This document shows, piece by piece, positions 49,453 to 58,009 of a DNA stretch of 64,000 nt. Both the position numbers and the translations under genes were made by a program. Where the stretch lies: NCBI GenBank assembly GCA_965207995.1, contig CBDBNG010000001.1, positions 89,954 to 153,953 of the forward strand, given 5' to 3'. The first letter of the stretch is position 1. Every line of letters begins with the position of its first letter. Below the pieces are notes generated by a model. That model was given only the letters and a program-made list of their open reading frames with translations. It was not told the DNA's origin and made no database searches. Source of the stretch: Dehalococcoidia bacterium. GTDB lineage: Bacteria > Chloroflexota > Dehalococcoidia > SHYB01.

Positions 49453-50214
49453 ATGGACATCGTCTGGGTCGTGCTCATCTCGTTTGGAATCTTGGTCGGC
49501 CTAGCCGTGCTGGTCGGTGGGGCCTTCCACCTCATCACACGCCTGCGCACCGGCGCGCCGCTGACCATCGACGTCCGCGCCCTGGTGCGGATCTACCTGT
49601 ACGTGGGCATCATCGCCGGCTTGCTGGTCTTCACCCAGGGAGCGTCGGAGCTCATCAAGGCGGGGGCCGCCGGCCTTTCGAGCAAGGAGTTCAGCTACTC
49701 CCCCGTCTGGGTCGAGCTGCCCGAAGACAGTGTTCCGAAACCTCAGCATCCTCTGGAACTGGCCGACCGGGGGGACCTCTCCGATGAGGAGTTGGAGGCG
49801 CTAAGCCAAATCCTCGCGGAGCGGCAGGAAGAGAACACCCGGATTAAGGAGGAGCGAGACCGCCTGGGGCTGGACCGCGCGCTGGACGAGGGCCTGATCG
49901 AAGGTATCAGCTTTTCCATCATCGGGGCCCTGGTGTGGGCGGCCCACATGTTCGGCCGCCGCAAGATTGAGACCCCGGAGGACCGGGCGGGCCCCCTGAA
50001 CCGCATCTACCTGGTGCTGCTGACGGCGATCTTCGGCATCATCACCATTGTGAGCCTGCCCCAAGCCGTCTTCGAGACCCTGCGCTACGCCGTCCTCGAC
50101 CCCGCCGCCGACCGTTACGAGCCGGGTGAGAAGCTGGCGCTCTCCATCACCGCGCTGCCCATCTGGCTCGTCTACCTCTGGAACACGGTCCGCGCAATCC
50201 GGCGATCGGAGTAG
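49453..50214 (+). CDS. Membrane protein (DUF5671-like), leaderless
   Basis: About five hydrophobic helices, repeated RIYLY/RIYLV; TACCCT 7 nt before ATG. Confidence 0.7.
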   Translation: MDIVWVVLISFGILVGLAVLVGGAFHLITRLRTGAPLTIDVRALVRIYLYVGIIAGLLVFTQGASELIKAGAAGLSSKEFSYSPVWVELPEDSVPKPQHPLELADRGDLSDEELEALSQILAERQEENTRIKEERDRLGLDRALDEGLIEGISFSIIGALVWAAHMFGRRKIETPEDRAGPLNRIYLVLLTAIFGIITIVSLPQAVFETLRYAVLDPAADRYEPGEKLALSITALPIWLVYLWNTVRAIRRSE

Positions 50215-50256
50215 GGGGCGGCGGGTTTCGATCGCGGTTGGTGGTGATCGGGGAGT

Positions 50257-50336
50257 GGGCGACCACAAGGGTCGCCCCTACAGGGACGATCCCCTGCCGG
50301 CGTCGCGGATTACGCAAGGGTTTCCGCTGGGAGGGG
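50257..50336 (-). repeat. Diverged third copy of the REP-containing element
   Basis: Minus strand CCCTCCCAGCGGAAACCCTT...CGCGACGCCGGCAGGGG...TGTAGGGGCGACCCTTGTGGTCGCCC aligns to ~12645-12724. Confidence 0.8.
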
Positions 50337-50418
50337 CCAACTCCTCTTGTCGCCGGACGACCCGCGCTACGTCATGCAGATGGTCAATGGCCCAATCCGT
50401 GTCCAGCAGGTACCGCAC
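50278..50418 (-). pseudogene. Truncated VapC/PIN toxin
   Basis: MRYLLDTDWAIDHLHDVARVVRRQEELAP, then runs into the repeat and stops at 46 aa. Confidence 0.75.
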
Positions 50419-50426
50419 CGCAGGGT

Positions 50427-50666
50427 CTACAACACTGGCTTCTCGCGAGATCCGGTGAGCCGGGCTTCGTAGATCATCCGCTTCAGCTCTTCTCGATCAT
50501 GCAGCCCTACCCAGCCGCCCGCGGACGCTCTCAGCGCCTCAATGGTGCGCTCAGGAGATGGAAGACCTTCAATCGACACCATCACATCCGCGCCCTCTTC
50601 GAGGTCGAGCGGCTCAAGCGGTCTGAGTGCCCCGTCCGAGAATCGGGCCCGTACGTTTGCAATCAT
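50427..50666 (-). CDS. AF2212/DUF104-like antitoxin
   Basis: MIANVRARFSDGALRPLEPLDLEEGADV...SAGGW; 14-bp palindrome GCGGGAATTCCCGC at 50689-50702. Confidence 0.82.
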   Translation of the reverse strand: MIANVRARFSDGALRPLEPLDLEEGADVMVSIEGLPSPERTIEALRASAGGWVGLHDREELKRMIYEARLTGSREKPVL

Positions 50667-50731
50667 CTTCATTTCTCTCTCCCCCACGGCGGGAATTCCC
50701 GCTTCCCTCTCGACCTCCTCGTCACAACATG

Positions 50732-51823
50732 CTAGCAGACGTCCCCAGACGCGTCTGCGACGGATACGACGATGTTGCCGACGTGCTCCTTGGCCAAGAA
50801 CGCTTCCTGGGCCCGCACGAGTTCGCGCAGCGGGTAGACGGCGGCCAGCACGGGGCGCACCTCGCCGCGCTCGATGTAGCCGACCAGACGAGGGAAGGTC
50901 TCCGGCGGGGCGATCGTTACACCCGTGAAGGTGAGGTCTTTCAGGTAGAAGGTGCGCAGGTCGAAGTCGACCTTTGGGCCGGCGATCGCACCGGAACAGG
51001 TGTACCGTCCCCCGCGCCGCAGGTCGCCGATGAGCTGCGGCCACAGCGGCCCTCCCACAACGTCCGCGACGACGTCCACGTCCTCCCGCCCAATGGCGCC
51101 GCGGAGCGCTGCGGCGAGGTTTTCGGGAGACCGGGGCAAGACGGCGCCGGCGCCGAGCGCGCTCACGGCGGCAGACTTCGATTCGCCGGAAAGAGCGACG
51201 GTCTTCGCGCCGCGCCGGGCGGCAAGCTGGACCAGTGCCGTCCCCACGCCGCCGGACGCGCCGGTGATCAGGACGACGTCGCCGGCGGCTACCCCGGCCC
51301 GCTCCAACATGGCTTCCGCGGTGATCCACGAGGTGGCGAAGGTAGCGAGCTCAGCGTCGCTGAGGCCGGTCTCGATGGGGTGGACGTTGCGCGCGTCGAC
51401 GACGGTGTACTCCGCGAAGCCGCCGTCGATCTCCGCGCCGAAGTAGCCGCACCGCTCCATGTCCATGGGCCGGTCCCAGTCGCGTAACCACGTGTCCACC
51501 AGCACGCGTTTGCCGAGCAGGGCCTCGGGAGCGCCGGCGCCGAGCGCGGCCACCCGTCCGCAGACGTCGGCGCCCTGGATGCGCGGAAAGGTAATGGCGC
51601 CGCCCCAGCCGCCCTGCACGTCCTGCGTGCCTTCTTCGGCGTGCCGGGAGTACCAGGCGGTCCGTGTGTTGACGTCGGTGTTGTTCAGGCCGCAGGCGCC
51701 CACGGCGATCAGGACCTCGCCGGGGCCGGGCGACGGCGTGGGCCAGTCCTCGCGGTACTCGAGCTTGTCGAGCCCGCCGTGCGCCGTCAGGACGACCGCG
51801 CGCATGGTGCGGGGAATGCTCAT
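50732..51823 (-). CDS. MDR-family alcohol dehydrogenase/quinone oxidoreductase
   Basis: ACGLNNTD, PRIQGAD, DGGFAEY, ITGASGGVG. Confidence 0.9.
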   Translation of the reverse strand: MSIPRTMRAVVLTAHGGLDKLEYREDWPTPSPGPGEVLIAVGACGLNNTDVNTRTAWYSRHAEEGTQDVQGGWGGAITFPRIQGADVCGRVAALGAGAPEALLGKRVLVDTWLRDWDRPMDMERCGYFGAEIDGGFAEYTVVDARNVHPIETGLSDAELATFATSWITAEAMLERAGVAAGDVVLITGASGGVGTALVQLAARRGAKTVALSGESKSAAVSALGAGAVLPRSPENLAAALRGAIGREDVDVVADVVGGPLWPQLIGDLRRGGRYTCSGAIAGPKVDFDLRTFYLKDLTFTGVTIAPPETFPRLVGYIERGEVRPVLAAVYPLRELVRAQEAFLAKEHVGNIVVSVADASGDVC

Positions 51824-51826
51824 GCT

Positions 51827-52960
51827 TCAGCCCGCACCGGCGAACCGCGGCATCACCTTCGTTGCGAAGGTCTCCAGGTTCTTCAGCGTCTTACCCAAGG
51901 GAATCCCCATGTGGGAGAACTCGACGAGGAGGTAGTCCAGATGGCAGACCTCCTGCAACTCGTGGATTCTCTCGATCACATTCTCCGGTGAACCCACGAG
52001 CAGCGTGCGCGGCTCCAGGAAGTCCCAGTCCAGCTTCACCTCATCGGCCAGGACCTCGTCGGGATTGGTGAAGACCTGCCTGCCCCGGAAGGGATCGTTG
52101 AAGATGAATGAGGACATGATGCCTTCCTCCGCATCCTGCCGTGCCTCCTCCATCGAAGCGGCGACGTAGGTGGAACGCATCACCGCCTGGTCTTCTCCCA
52201 GAGCGAACGGTCTCCCCTCCCGCTCCGTTCTGGCCCGGGCGTAGAGCTCCATCCGCTGCCTGATCCTCAGCGGCGGAGGCTGCCAGTAGCAGGCCTTCAG
52301 TCCAAGTTCGGCCGCGGTCGTCACCGAGCGGTCGGTGGAGACGGTCATCCACAGCGGCGGGTGCGGCTTCTGGTAGGGCCTCGGCGTCACCCGCAGCTTG
52401 GTCACCCGCTCCCCGTCCTGCCAGACGGGATTGGACGGATACCGGGGGTGCGAGAAGACGGTGCCTTCGGCTGGGAAGGTGAAGTTGGTCCCGCGGTAGG
52501 AGAAATACTCGTTGGTCCAGATCTCCCGCACGATCTCCACCATCTCGTTGAACAGATCCCGGTTCTCCTTGTCCTTGCGGGGGTCGGCGTTGGGATGGAA
52601 CTGCGGCCCCTCGTAGGGCCAGATGCCTCTGCCGAAGCCGATCTCGACGCGGCCGCCGGTCATGTTGTCCAGCATCGCGAGGTCCTCGGCGAGCCGGATG
52701 GGATGCCACCACGGGGCGATGTTCGCCATCTGGCCGATGCGGATCTTTGACGTCCGCGCCGCGAGGTCGGCGCCGAGCAAGATTGGGTTCGGCAAGTCGC
52801 CCAACCCGTAGGGCCCGAAGTGGTGCTCTCCGAGCCAGATGGCCTCGAAGCCGAGCTCCTCGGCTAGGATGGTCTGCTGCCGGAGGTTGTCGATATGCGC
52901 GTCGGCCGTGGCGGCTTCTCCGGCGGAACCCGCCACGGTGGTGAACGCCGCGAACTTCAT
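51827..52960 (-). CDS. LLM-class flavin-dependent oxidoreductase
   Basis: WLGEHHF, HPIRLAED, GRVEIGFGRG, PYQKPHPP. Confidence 0.92.
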   Translation of the reverse strand: MKFAAFTTVAGSAGEAATADAHIDNLRQQTILAEELGFEAIWLGEHHFGPYGLGDLPNPILLGADLAARTSKIRIGQMANIAPWWHPIRLAEDLAMLDNMTGGRVEIGFGRGIWPYEGPQFHPNADPRKDKENRDLFNEMVEIVREIWTNEYFSYRGTNFTFPAEGTVFSHPRYPSNPVWQDGERVTKLRVTPRPYQKPHPPLWMTVSTDRSVTTAAELGLKACYWQPPPLRIRQRMELYARARTEREGRPFALGEDQAVMRSTYVAASMEEARQDAEEGIMSSFIFNDPFRGRQVFTNPDEVLADEVKLDWDFLEPRTLLVGSPENVIERIHELQEVCHLDYLLVEFSHMGIPLGKTLKNLETFATKVMPRFAGAG

Positions 52961-53061
52961 GCCGGAAGCTCCCCCTTGTCTGGCTCCCTTGGGAGGGCCG
53001 GTTCGTACTCCAAAAGGGCCGTGGTACGCTTGCCCGCCACCATACTACGAGGAGCCGCGCC

Positions 53062-54114
53062 ATGCCGTCAGGAGGGAACCGGGGTCTGGTCCAGACCGTG
53101 CTGGGCCCCGTACCGCCATCGGAACTCGGCGCAACCACGACCCACGAACACCTCTACGCCGACTTCTCCCGCATGTATCGCCCGGCGCAGGACTCGCCGT
53201 CTCCCGAACTGGCCGACGTGCCCTTGGCCCTGGAGAACCTGGGATGGATTCGGCGCAACTACTACAGCAACCGCCCCAACCTCCGGTTGACGGACCTGGA
53301 CACAGCCATAGGAGAAGTCCGGAAGTACAAGGAAGCCGGCGGTGGCACGATCGTCGAGGCGACCACGCCGGGCATTGGACGCTCGCCCGACGCGCTGGCC
53401 CGGATATCCCGCGAATCTGGTGTGCATATCGTCATGGGCGCGGGCTTCTACGTGGGAGCGGCCCATCCTGGCGACATGGATGACCGGAGCGTGGAGGACC
53501 TGGCGCGGGAGATTGTCGGCGACATCGCCGAAGGCGCCGGAGACGGCGGCGTAAAGGCGGGCATCATCGGCGAGATCGGCTGCACGTGGCCCCTCGCCCC
53601 GAACGAGAGCAAGGCCTTGTCGGCGGCGGCGATCGCCCAGAGGGAGACGGGCGCGGCGGTAGCGGTCCATCCGGGGCGGCATACTGATGCGCCGCTGGAG
53701 ATCCTGGAAGTCCTCGCGGACGGCGGCGCGGATGTCTCACGCGTGGTCATGGCGCATCTCGACCGGACCGTGTTCGAGTTCGGCGCGGTTGAGCGCATTG
53801 CCGCGTCGGGCTGCTACCTCGAGTGGGACCTGTTCGGCAATGAGGGGTCGTACTACCCCAACGCCGAAATCGACATGCCCAGCGACGCCCAGAGGCTGGA
53901 CTTCATACGGCGCGCCGTCGACGCCGGCTACTCCGATAGGATCGTCATGGGGCACGACATCTTCACGAAGCACCGGCTTGTTCGCTACGGCGGACACGGC
54001 TACGGCCACATTCTTCAGTACATCGTTCCCAAGATGCGGCGTAAGGGCTTCTCGGACGATGCGATTCGGGCGATAACGGTGGACAACCCGGCGAGGTTGC
54101 TCGCCTTCGCGTAG
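53062..54114 (+). CDS. Phosphotriesterase-related protein (PTER-like amidohydrolase)
   Basis: TTHEHL, GIIGEIG, VHPG, MAHLDR, HDIFTKHRLVRYGGHGYGHI. Confidence 0.9.
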   Translation: MPSGGNRGLVQTVLGPVPPSELGATTTHEHLYADFSRMYRPAQDSPSPELADVPLALENLGWIRRNYYSNRPNLRLTDLDTAIGEVRKYKEAGGGTIVEATTPGIGRSPDALARISRESGVHIVMGAGFYVGAAHPGDMDDRSVEDLAREIVGDIAEGAGDGGVKAGIIGEIGCTWPLAPNESKALSAAAIAQRETGAAVAVHPGRHTDAPLEILEVLADGGADVSRVVMAHLDRTVFEFGAVERIAASGCYLEWDLFGNEGSYYPNAEIDMPSDAQRLDFIRRAVDAGYSDRIVMGHDIFTKHRLVRYGGHGYGHILQYIVPKMRRKGFSDDAIRAITVDNPARLLAFA

Positions 54115-54140
54115 GTTCCTCGCGTCGCCGCCCCACCCCG

Positions 54141-54234
54141 CCGACGCGCCCTCTGGGCGCGTGCCCTCTCTCAAATCTCCCCCAGAGGGGGAGAGGCTTA
54201 GTGGTTGCCCCCAGAGGGGGAGAGGGTTGAGGTG
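54141..54234 (+). repeat. CCCTCT...GGGAGAGG repeat pair
   Basis: 41-nt identity to 19337-19377 plus a second CCCCAGAGGGGGAGAGGG. Confidence 0.82.
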
Positions 54235-54238
54235 GCCG

Positions 54239-54268
54239 TTGACACCCGGAAAAGGCGGCCCGTATTCT
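54239..54268 (+). promoter_or_regulatory. Promoter of meaB
   Basis: TTGACA-18-TATTCT. Confidence 0.55.
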
Positions 54269-54309
54269 GGGATTCGGTTCCTGAAGCCGCCGCCTGATCG
54301 GAGACCTCG

Positions 54310-55308
54310 TTGCCTCCAATCGAGACCCTCGTCGAGGGGCTTCTGCAAGGTGAAAAACTCGCCCTCGCCCGGCTCATCACCCTGATTGAACGGGAAAGCC
54401 CCGACGCGTCGCGCGCACTCAGCCTCGCCCTGTCCGGCACGGATGAGCGGGGGCGCGACTCCTACTGCGTCGGCTTCACCGGCCCGCCGGGGTCGGGGAA
54501 GAGCACGCTGGTGGACGCGCTTACGGCCAACATCCGGGGCGGCGAGGACGACGCGACGGTGGGCATCGTGGCGGTCGATCCCAGCAGTCCCTTCACCGGC
54601 GGCGCGCTGCTCGGCGACCGCATCCGGATGGAGGGGCACTACAAGGACCCCGGTGTCTACATCCGCAGCATGGGGACGCGGGGGAGCCGTGGCGGGGTTC
54701 CCAGCGTGGCGCAACGGGTGGTGTCGCTGCTCGCGGCGGCGGGCAAGGACTACGTCATCGTCGAGACCGTCGGCGTGGGGCAGACCGAACTCGACGTCAT
54801 GGAGACGGCGGACACGGTGGTCGTGGTGCTGGTGCCCGAGGCGGGAGACACGATCCAGACGATGAAGGCGGGCCTCATGGAGATCGCCGACATTTTCGTG
54901 GTGAATAAGGCCGACCGCGGCGGCGCGGAGAAGCTGGCCACCGACATCGAGCAGAGCCTGACGCTGATCTACGAGGAGACCTACTGGCGGGCGCCGGTGC
55001 TGCTGACGGAAGCGCACCGGGGAACGGGCGTCGCCGAGGTGCGCGACGCCATCGAGCGGCACCGCGTCGCGTCGGCGGAGTCGGGGGAGCAGGAGCGTCG
55101 CCGGAAGCGCCGTCGCCGGGCGCAGTTCGTCAAGAGCGTGGAGGAGAAGCTCGCGGGCGCCTTCCACGCCATGCTCGACGACGCCCCCGTGCTCCAAGAC
55201 CTGCTGCGGCAGGTCGAGGCGGGCGAGCGCGACCCCTACACGGCGGCGTCGGAGGCGCTGCGCGACCGCGGCGTCCGCGACCGCTGGCTGTCGCTGTCCG
55301 ACCTGTAG
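54310..55308 (+). CDS. meaB: Methylmalonyl-CoA mutase-associated GTPase
   Basis: TGPPGSGKST, DPSSPFTGGALLGDRIRM, ETVGVGQ, VNKAD. Confidence 0.93.
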   Translation: MPPIETLVEGLLQGEKLALARLITLIERESPDASRALSLALSGTDERGRDSYCVGFTGPPGSGKSTLVDALTANIRGGEDDATVGIVAVDPSSPFTGGALLGDRIRMEGHYKDPGVYIRSMGTRGSRGGVPSVAQRVVSLLAAAGKDYVIVETVGVGQTELDVMETADTVVVVLVPEAGDTIQTMKAGLMEIADIFVVNKADRGGAEKLATDIEQSLTLIYEETYWRAPVLLTEAHRGTGVAEVRDAIERHRVASAESGEQERRRKRRRRAQFVKSVEEKLAGAFHAMLDDAPVLQDLLRQVEAGERDPYTAASEALRDRGVRDRWLSLSDL

Positions 55309-55435
55309 GACGGGCCGAGCCGGGGTTTCACGGTAGCGCGGCGGCGCCCGGCTTTTCTATCATGAGAGGGCCGGGCCTAGCGCCGGCGGAACCGGAGGGG
55401 TCAGGGCCCGCGTAGCACTGGGTAGGAGGTCGCGT

Positions 55436-56419
55436 GTGGCGGAATCCGAGTACGACATCATGGTGATCGGGCAGGGAGCGGCCGCGTTCAGCGCGGGGCT
55501 CTACGCCGCCCGCTATCAGGTCAAGACGATCGTGGTGGGGCAGACGTTCGGCGGCGAGACCGCCACCGGCGGCCTCATCGAGAACTACCCGGGGCACGTC
55601 GAGGTCCAAGGCTTCGACCTGATGCTCGGCATGAAGGAGCAGGTGCAGAAGTACGACGTGCCGGTGGTCGACGCCAAGGTGGTCGACATCGAACGGCGAG
55701 ACGACTGCTTCACCGCCCGCGACGACGAGGGCGACGCGTACCTCGCCAAGTCGGTGGTGCTGGCAATGGGACGGGAGCGCCGTACCCTGGGGCTCGAGCA
55801 CGAGCAACAGTGGGTCGGACAAGGGGTGTCGTACTGCTCAACGTGCGACGCGCCGCTCTACCGCCGCCGCACCGCCGCAGTGGTCGGCGGGGGCGACGCT
55901 GCCGTAAAGGGCGCGACTTTGGTGGCGCAGTACGCCGACCGTGTCTACGTCATCCATCGCGGACACGAATTCTCGCGGCCGGAACCGGTGAACCTCTCCA
56001 AGATGCAGGAGCAGGCGAATATCGTGCCGGTCACGAGCGCGAACGTGGTGGAGCTGAAAGGCGGCGACTACTTGGAGTCGATCGTGCTCGACCGGGAGGT
56101 CGAGGGGGCCCGCGAGCTTCGCGTGGACGGGCTGCTGATCGAGATCGGGGCCAATCCGAACGTGGAGCTGGCCCGGCAGTTGGGCATCAACACGAACGAC
56201 AAGGACGAGATCGTCGTCGACAAGTACATGGGCACCAACGTGGAGGGGGCGTTCGCCGCCGGCGACATCACCGATGCCTCCGGCGAGCTGAAGCAGGCGA
56301 TCACCGCGGCGGCGCAGGGCGCGCTGGCGGCGACGACGGCCTACGAGTACGTCACCGAGCACACCGGCGGCTGCTGCTGGATGCATGGCATGGGCTTCGG
56401 GCTCGGCGTGGGAGCCTAA
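55436..56419 (+). CDS. trxB: Thioredoxin reductase-like flavoprotein
   Basis: IENYPG, GVSYCSTCDAP, FAAGDIT, QAITAA. Confidence 0.88.
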   Translation: MAESEYDIMVIGQGAAAFSAGLYAARYQVKTIVVGQTFGGETATGGLIENYPGHVEVQGFDLMLGMKEQVQKYDVPVVDAKVVDIERRDDCFTARDDEGDAYLAKSVVLAMGRERRTLGLEHEQQWVGQGVSYCSTCDAPLYRRRTAAVVGGGDAAVKGATLVAQYADRVYVIHRGHEFSRPEPVNLSKMQEQANIVPVTSANVVELKGGDYLESIVLDREVEGARELRVDGLLIEIGANPNVELARQLGINTNDKDEIVVDKYMGTNVEGAFAAGDITDASGELKQAITAAAQGALAATTAYEYVTEHTGGCCWMHGMGFGLGVGA

Positions 56420-56438
56420 CGGCGCCGCCGGAAGGGTC

Positions 56439-57434
56439 ATGGACGCCGGGCCGCCCATCATCGTCGTCGATCTTGGCGGCACGAACCTGCGCGTGGGGCT
56501 CGTCGAGCCGACCGGCGCGATCATCGAACGGGTCCGCGAGCCAAACCGTGAAGAGGACGGCCCGGAGCGGGTGGCCGACCGCATCGTCGAGGCGGGACGC
56601 GGGCTGCTGGCGAAGCACGGCTTTGCCGAGGCGATGGGCCTCGGGGCCGCCGTGGCGTCGCCGCTGGACAAGGTCGGCGTCCTCTACAACCCGCCGAACC
56701 TCCAGAGTTGGGGAGTCGTCCCCTTCCGCGACATGCTGGCGGAGCGCTTCGACGGGCCCGTGCTCATCGGCAACGACGCCACGGTCGCCTGCCTAGGCGA
56801 GTACATCTTCGGACAGGGCAGAGGGATGAGCGACCTGATCTATCTCACGGTGAGCACCGGAGTTGGCGGCGGTGTCATCTCGCAGGGCACGCTGCTGTCG
56901 GGCTACCGCGGGCTGGGCCCCGAGCTGGGCCACCTCATTGTCGACCGCGAGGTCGAGGACTCCATCGGCGAGCCTGGCGTCGAAACCGGCCCCTGCGGGC
57001 ACGCGGGCTGCCTGGAGATGATGACGTCGGGGACGGCGATCGCCATGCGGGCGCGAGCGGGACTTGAGGGCGGCGCGCAGACCTCGCTGCGGGCGATGGC
57101 TCTCGGCAAACCGGACGCGATCGAGGCGGAGCACGTCTTCCGCGCCGCCGCGGCGGGCGACGCCTTCGCCGCCGGTGTCATGGAAACGGCGGCCCGCGAC
57201 CTCGCGTTCGGGCTGGTGAGCCTCGTCCACGCCTTCAATCCCCGGCGGATCGTGCTGGGAGGCAGCGTCGCGCTCCACAACTGGGAGTTGCTCGGCCCCA
57301 TCGTCGAGGCGCGCGTGCGGGAGCATGCCTTCCCCGCGTTCCTGGAGCCGTTCGACATCGTGCTGTCCGAGTTCGGCGACGACGTGGGACTCATCGGCGC
57401 GGCGGCGCTGGTGGCGCACCGGCGCGGAGGCTGA
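56439..57434 (+). CDS. ROK family sugar kinase
   Basis: DLGGT, GNDA, STGVGGG, ELGH, CGHAGCLE. Confidence 0.9.
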   Translation: MDAGPPIIVVDLGGTNLRVGLVEPTGAIIERVREPNREEDGPERVADRIVEAGRGLLAKHGFAEAMGLGAAVASPLDKVGVLYNPPNLQSWGVVPFRDMLAERFDGPVLIGNDATVACLGEYIFGQGRGMSDLIYLTVSTGVGGGVISQGTLLSGYRGLGPELGHLIVDREVEDSIGEPGVETGPCGHAGCLEMMTSGTAIAMRARAGLEGGAQTSLRAMALGKPDAIEAEHVFRAAAAGDAFAAGVMETAARDLAFGLVSLVHAFNPRRIVLGGSVALHNWELLGPIVEARVREHAFPAFLEPFDIVLSEFGDDVGLIGAAALVAHRRGG

Positions 57435-57436
57435 GC

Positions 57437-58009
57437 GTGGCTTCGCAGCCTCTTCCCGACGGCTACCGGCGCGCCGAGTACGGCATGGTGCACGGGCGCT
57501 TTCAGCCGTTCCACAACGAGCACCGGCATTACGCGTTGGAAGGCCTGGCACGGTCGGAACGGCTCATCGTCGGCATCACCAACCCCGACCCCGGCGAGAT
57601 CAGGGAGGAGGCCGCCAGCGGCCACCGTCACCGCGCGGAGAACAACCCGTACACCTACTTCGAGCGCATGGAGATGGTGGTGGCGGTCCTCACGGAGGCC
57701 GGCGCCGACCTCGAACGCGTGCGAGTGATCCCGTTCCACATCAGCGAGCCTGCCAAGTGGCGCTTCTACCTGCCGCCGGCGGATAAGCTGCGCCACTTCG
57801 TGCGCGTCTTCTCGCCCTGGGAGCAGTCGAAGGTGGACCGGCTTCGCGCCGAGGGGTACGAGGTCGAGGTGCTCGACCCCGGCGTCGAGAAGGGGATCGA
57901 GGCGACCGAGATACGGCGGCGGATCGCGGCGGGCGACGACTCGTGGAAGGATCTGGCGCCGCCGGCGGTCGTCCGCGTCCTGGAGCGCATCCACGCGCCG
58001 CCGAGCTAG
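57437..58009 (+). CDS. Cytidylyltransferase-family nucleotidyltransferase (NadM-like)
   Basis: HGRFQPFHNEH, GITNPD, NPYTYFER, ATEIRRRI. Confidence 0.85.
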   Translation: MASQPLPDGYRRAEYGMVHGRFQPFHNEHRHYALEGLARSERLIVGITNPDPGEIREEAASGHRHRAENNPYTYFERMEMVVAVLTEAGADLERVRVIPFHISEPAKWRFYLPPADKLRHFVRVFSPWEQSKVDRLRAEGYEVEVLDPGVEKGIEATEIRRRIAAGDDSWKDLAPPAVVRVLERIHAPPS

